This document shows positions 62,375 through 64,000 of a stretch of 64,000 nt of DNA, piece after piece (position 1 is the first letter of the stretch; every line of letters begins with the position of its first letter). Source of the DNA: Clostridia bacterium (GTDB lineage Bacteria > Bacillota > Clostridia > JAAYHZ01). The stretch covers positions 113,288-177,287 of the forward strand of contig JBMNIH010000008.1 of NCBI GenBank assembly GCA_050950825.1. The letters run 5' to 3'. Under the pieces are notes generated by a model that worked only from the letters and a program-made list of their open reading frames with translations, ran no database searches and was not told where the DNA came from. A program made the position numbers and the translations under genes.

Positions 62375-62545
62375 GCGTTTATGCCGCGAAAGCCTCTTGA
62401 CAATGAGAGCCCGGCATGTTAGGCTATCTGACCGGGCATCAACCACCTCCAGAGCCCTTCTGCCTTGTTCAGCATGGGGGATGCCTCTGATGCCAGCAAA
62501 CATGCCGGCAGAGGCTCGTTGTCAAGAGGATCGTGGAATAAATGC
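62375..62545 (+). other. Covarying hairpin with RS_B-like box TTTATGCCGCGAAA (ssoA-like) 3' of IS3 orfB
   Basis: Homologous to the IS256 hairpins; stems CCTCTTGACAATGAG/CTCGTTGTCAAGAGG, CCGGCATGTT/AACATGCCGG, GCATCA/TGATGC. Confidence 0.72.
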
Positions 62546-62670
62546 GGAAACCTGACTCCGAAACACCGGTATGGTAGTACTCAAAGTCCGGGACAGGTGA
62601 ATCAACAGCCACTGAATACTCATTTATGAATTGAAATCAAAAACTCATTTTGTCCTTGACAAAGGGTACA

Positions 62671-63019
62671 CTTTAATCCGACGCTCGAAAACTTCTTTTC
62701 CCTTAAGCTTTTTCTCCAATCTTGCTCCGTCGATCAGGCAGGTTAATTCCTTGCCATCAAGTAACATTGTGGAGTTTTCTCCTTCCGTAGGCCATTGGAA
62801 TCGACCGCGTTCCAATCTTTTAAAATAAAGCCAAAAACCATCGCCGTCCCATTCCAAAATTTTGAGCCTGTCTCTCTTTTTATTGCAAAACACAAACAAA
62901 GCATCTGAAAACGGATCAAGCGAAAAACTGCTCTCCACCAGTGTCATAAGTCCGTTTATGGATTTTCTCATATCCGTATGCCCGCAACATATGTAAACCG
63001 GTTTGTCATCCCATCTCAT
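62671..63019 (-). CDS. tnpB: IS66 accessory protein TnpB (3' end hit by IS3)
   Basis: TDMRKSINGL, FVFCN..RDRLKILEWDGDGFWL..KRLE.G.F.WP. Confidence 0.9.
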
Positions 63020-63370
63020 CACAGCGACCTCAACATATGACAGACTTTTCTCAGAAGCCTCAATATCCGTACCTTCGCTTACATTAACATGACAACCGTT
63101 AATTTCAATGTTTAAGCTTTCGGCTGAGCACTGCGGTTGTTTTGGACTTAATCGCACCCATCCGTTAGGTGCATCGCTTTTCGGCTCTTTAGTTTTTGCA
63201 AGTTCTACGCCGGTCTGCCGCAACTTTTTTTGCCAGTAAAAGTAGGTGTATTTGCTTATTCCCTCCGACTCACAGAAATCCTCGATAGTTTTACCGCTTT
63301 CAAGGCGTGCCTGTATTATTTGTGCCCAATGAGACAGCCGGTAATCTTTTGCATCCATTCTTGTGTCCAC
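63019..63370 (-). CDS. tnpA: IS66 accessory protein TnpA (apparent +1 frameshift fuses it to tnpB in the ORF track)
   Basis: W...I....SG.TI..FC...GIS..TYFYWQKKLR; removing one G near 63058 gives DIELLRKVCHMLRSL* overlapping the tnpB ATG. Confidence 0.8.
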
Positions 63371-64000
63371 ACCAATCACTCCACTCCATTCCAGGCAGAT
63401 CCGGTTTGCTTACCTTCTCAACCTTGTTTTCTGTGATTGTACTATTTTTTGAAACGCCATACTACGTGATGGACTATTTGACGCTTACATGCAGATGGAA
63501 ACAAGGTTGCGTTGCAAGAATGCCGAAACCGTTAGAACAACCGCCGGAGTCTTCGAGAATTGCATTTGCATACACCTTGATATTAAGGGCCTTACAGGGG
63601 GTTTTGCTTGCAGGGGCGGAACGAAAGAATACGATATAAGCACAGGGAATCGGTATAGTACGTCATGTAAGCTGTTTCAAAAACAATACCTTGTCCGCAA
63701 CCTATGAATTGACGGAATAAATCGGTAAAGGTGAAGGCTATATGCCGGTTGGCGACGGAATGCTGCGAAAATATGAAGCAATCAATTTAAAGGAAAGTTT
63801 TGTAGGGGCAGCCGAATATACTACCTGCGCTGATAAGAACGGTGACATTGTCATCTTCGAAAACTAAAGATTCAAAACCACAACAAGGCTCAACTTCATA
63901 TTTTTCTGTCGTCATATAAAACACCTCTCAATAATTGGGAATTTTTATCAAAGAGGATTGAATCAATAGATCCTTCTAATTTGCTAAACACCGACTATTG

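Larger units (their letters stand above)
60792..62670 (+). mobile_element. IS3-family element
   Basis: TG...CA ends, IR TGTACCCT-N7-GGACA; orfA/orfB overlap with an A8 slippery run at 61366-61373. Confidence 0.9.
60521..63488 (-). mobile_element. Truncated IS66-family element containing IS3
   Basis: Left end GTAAGCGTC at 63488; tnpA-tnpB-tnpC' order. Confidence 0.82.

Noticed and set aside
62645-63379. Novel TnpA-TnpB fusion protein
   Set aside because: One extra G explains it; removal restores the normal IS66 TGATG overlap. This TnpB is the IS66 accessory protein, not an RNA-guided nuclease.
63489-64000. Short ORFs at the window end
   Set aside because: No recognisable motif or convincing start; cannot be supported from this window.

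Overview
Chromosomal segment from a Gram-positive Clostridia-like Firmicute. 1-5.2 kb: a Listeria-type flavin-based extracellular electron transfer locus (eetA/eetB-like, dmkA/menA, ndh2 with membrane domain, prenyl synthase, start of a lipoprotein). 5.3-10.5 kb: an IS30-family element containing nested IS256 and IS4-like insertions. 10.5-13.1 kb: tRNA-Gly and tRNA-Arg, followed by a decayed att-bounded islet with an AbiE toxin-antitoxin pair. 13.2-16.6 kb: a cysteate synthase-aprA-aprB operon whose frameshifts look like +1 sequencing errors. 16.8-47.2 kb: ordinary metabolic and envelope genes (dgoD, aldolase, alpha-2-macroglobulin-like, LysM, SigI/RsgI, tandem MutS-like ATPase). 47.8-63.5 kb: an IS-dense region with two IS256 copies flanking a GGDEF-Spo0E/XRE/SpoVS cassette, then a primase, IS21, a split tyrosine recombinase, IS1634, IS66 and IS3. 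The most striking observation is a conserved, covarying ~130-170 nt non-coding hairpin. It carries TTTATGCCGC(G/A)AAA, almost the RS_B box of ssoA single-strand origins, and sits inside elements of three unrelated copy-out-paste-in IS families (IS256, IS3 and, with the strands permuted, IS30). This suggests IS-encoded single-strand origins. All calls come from reading the sequence; no database searches were run.
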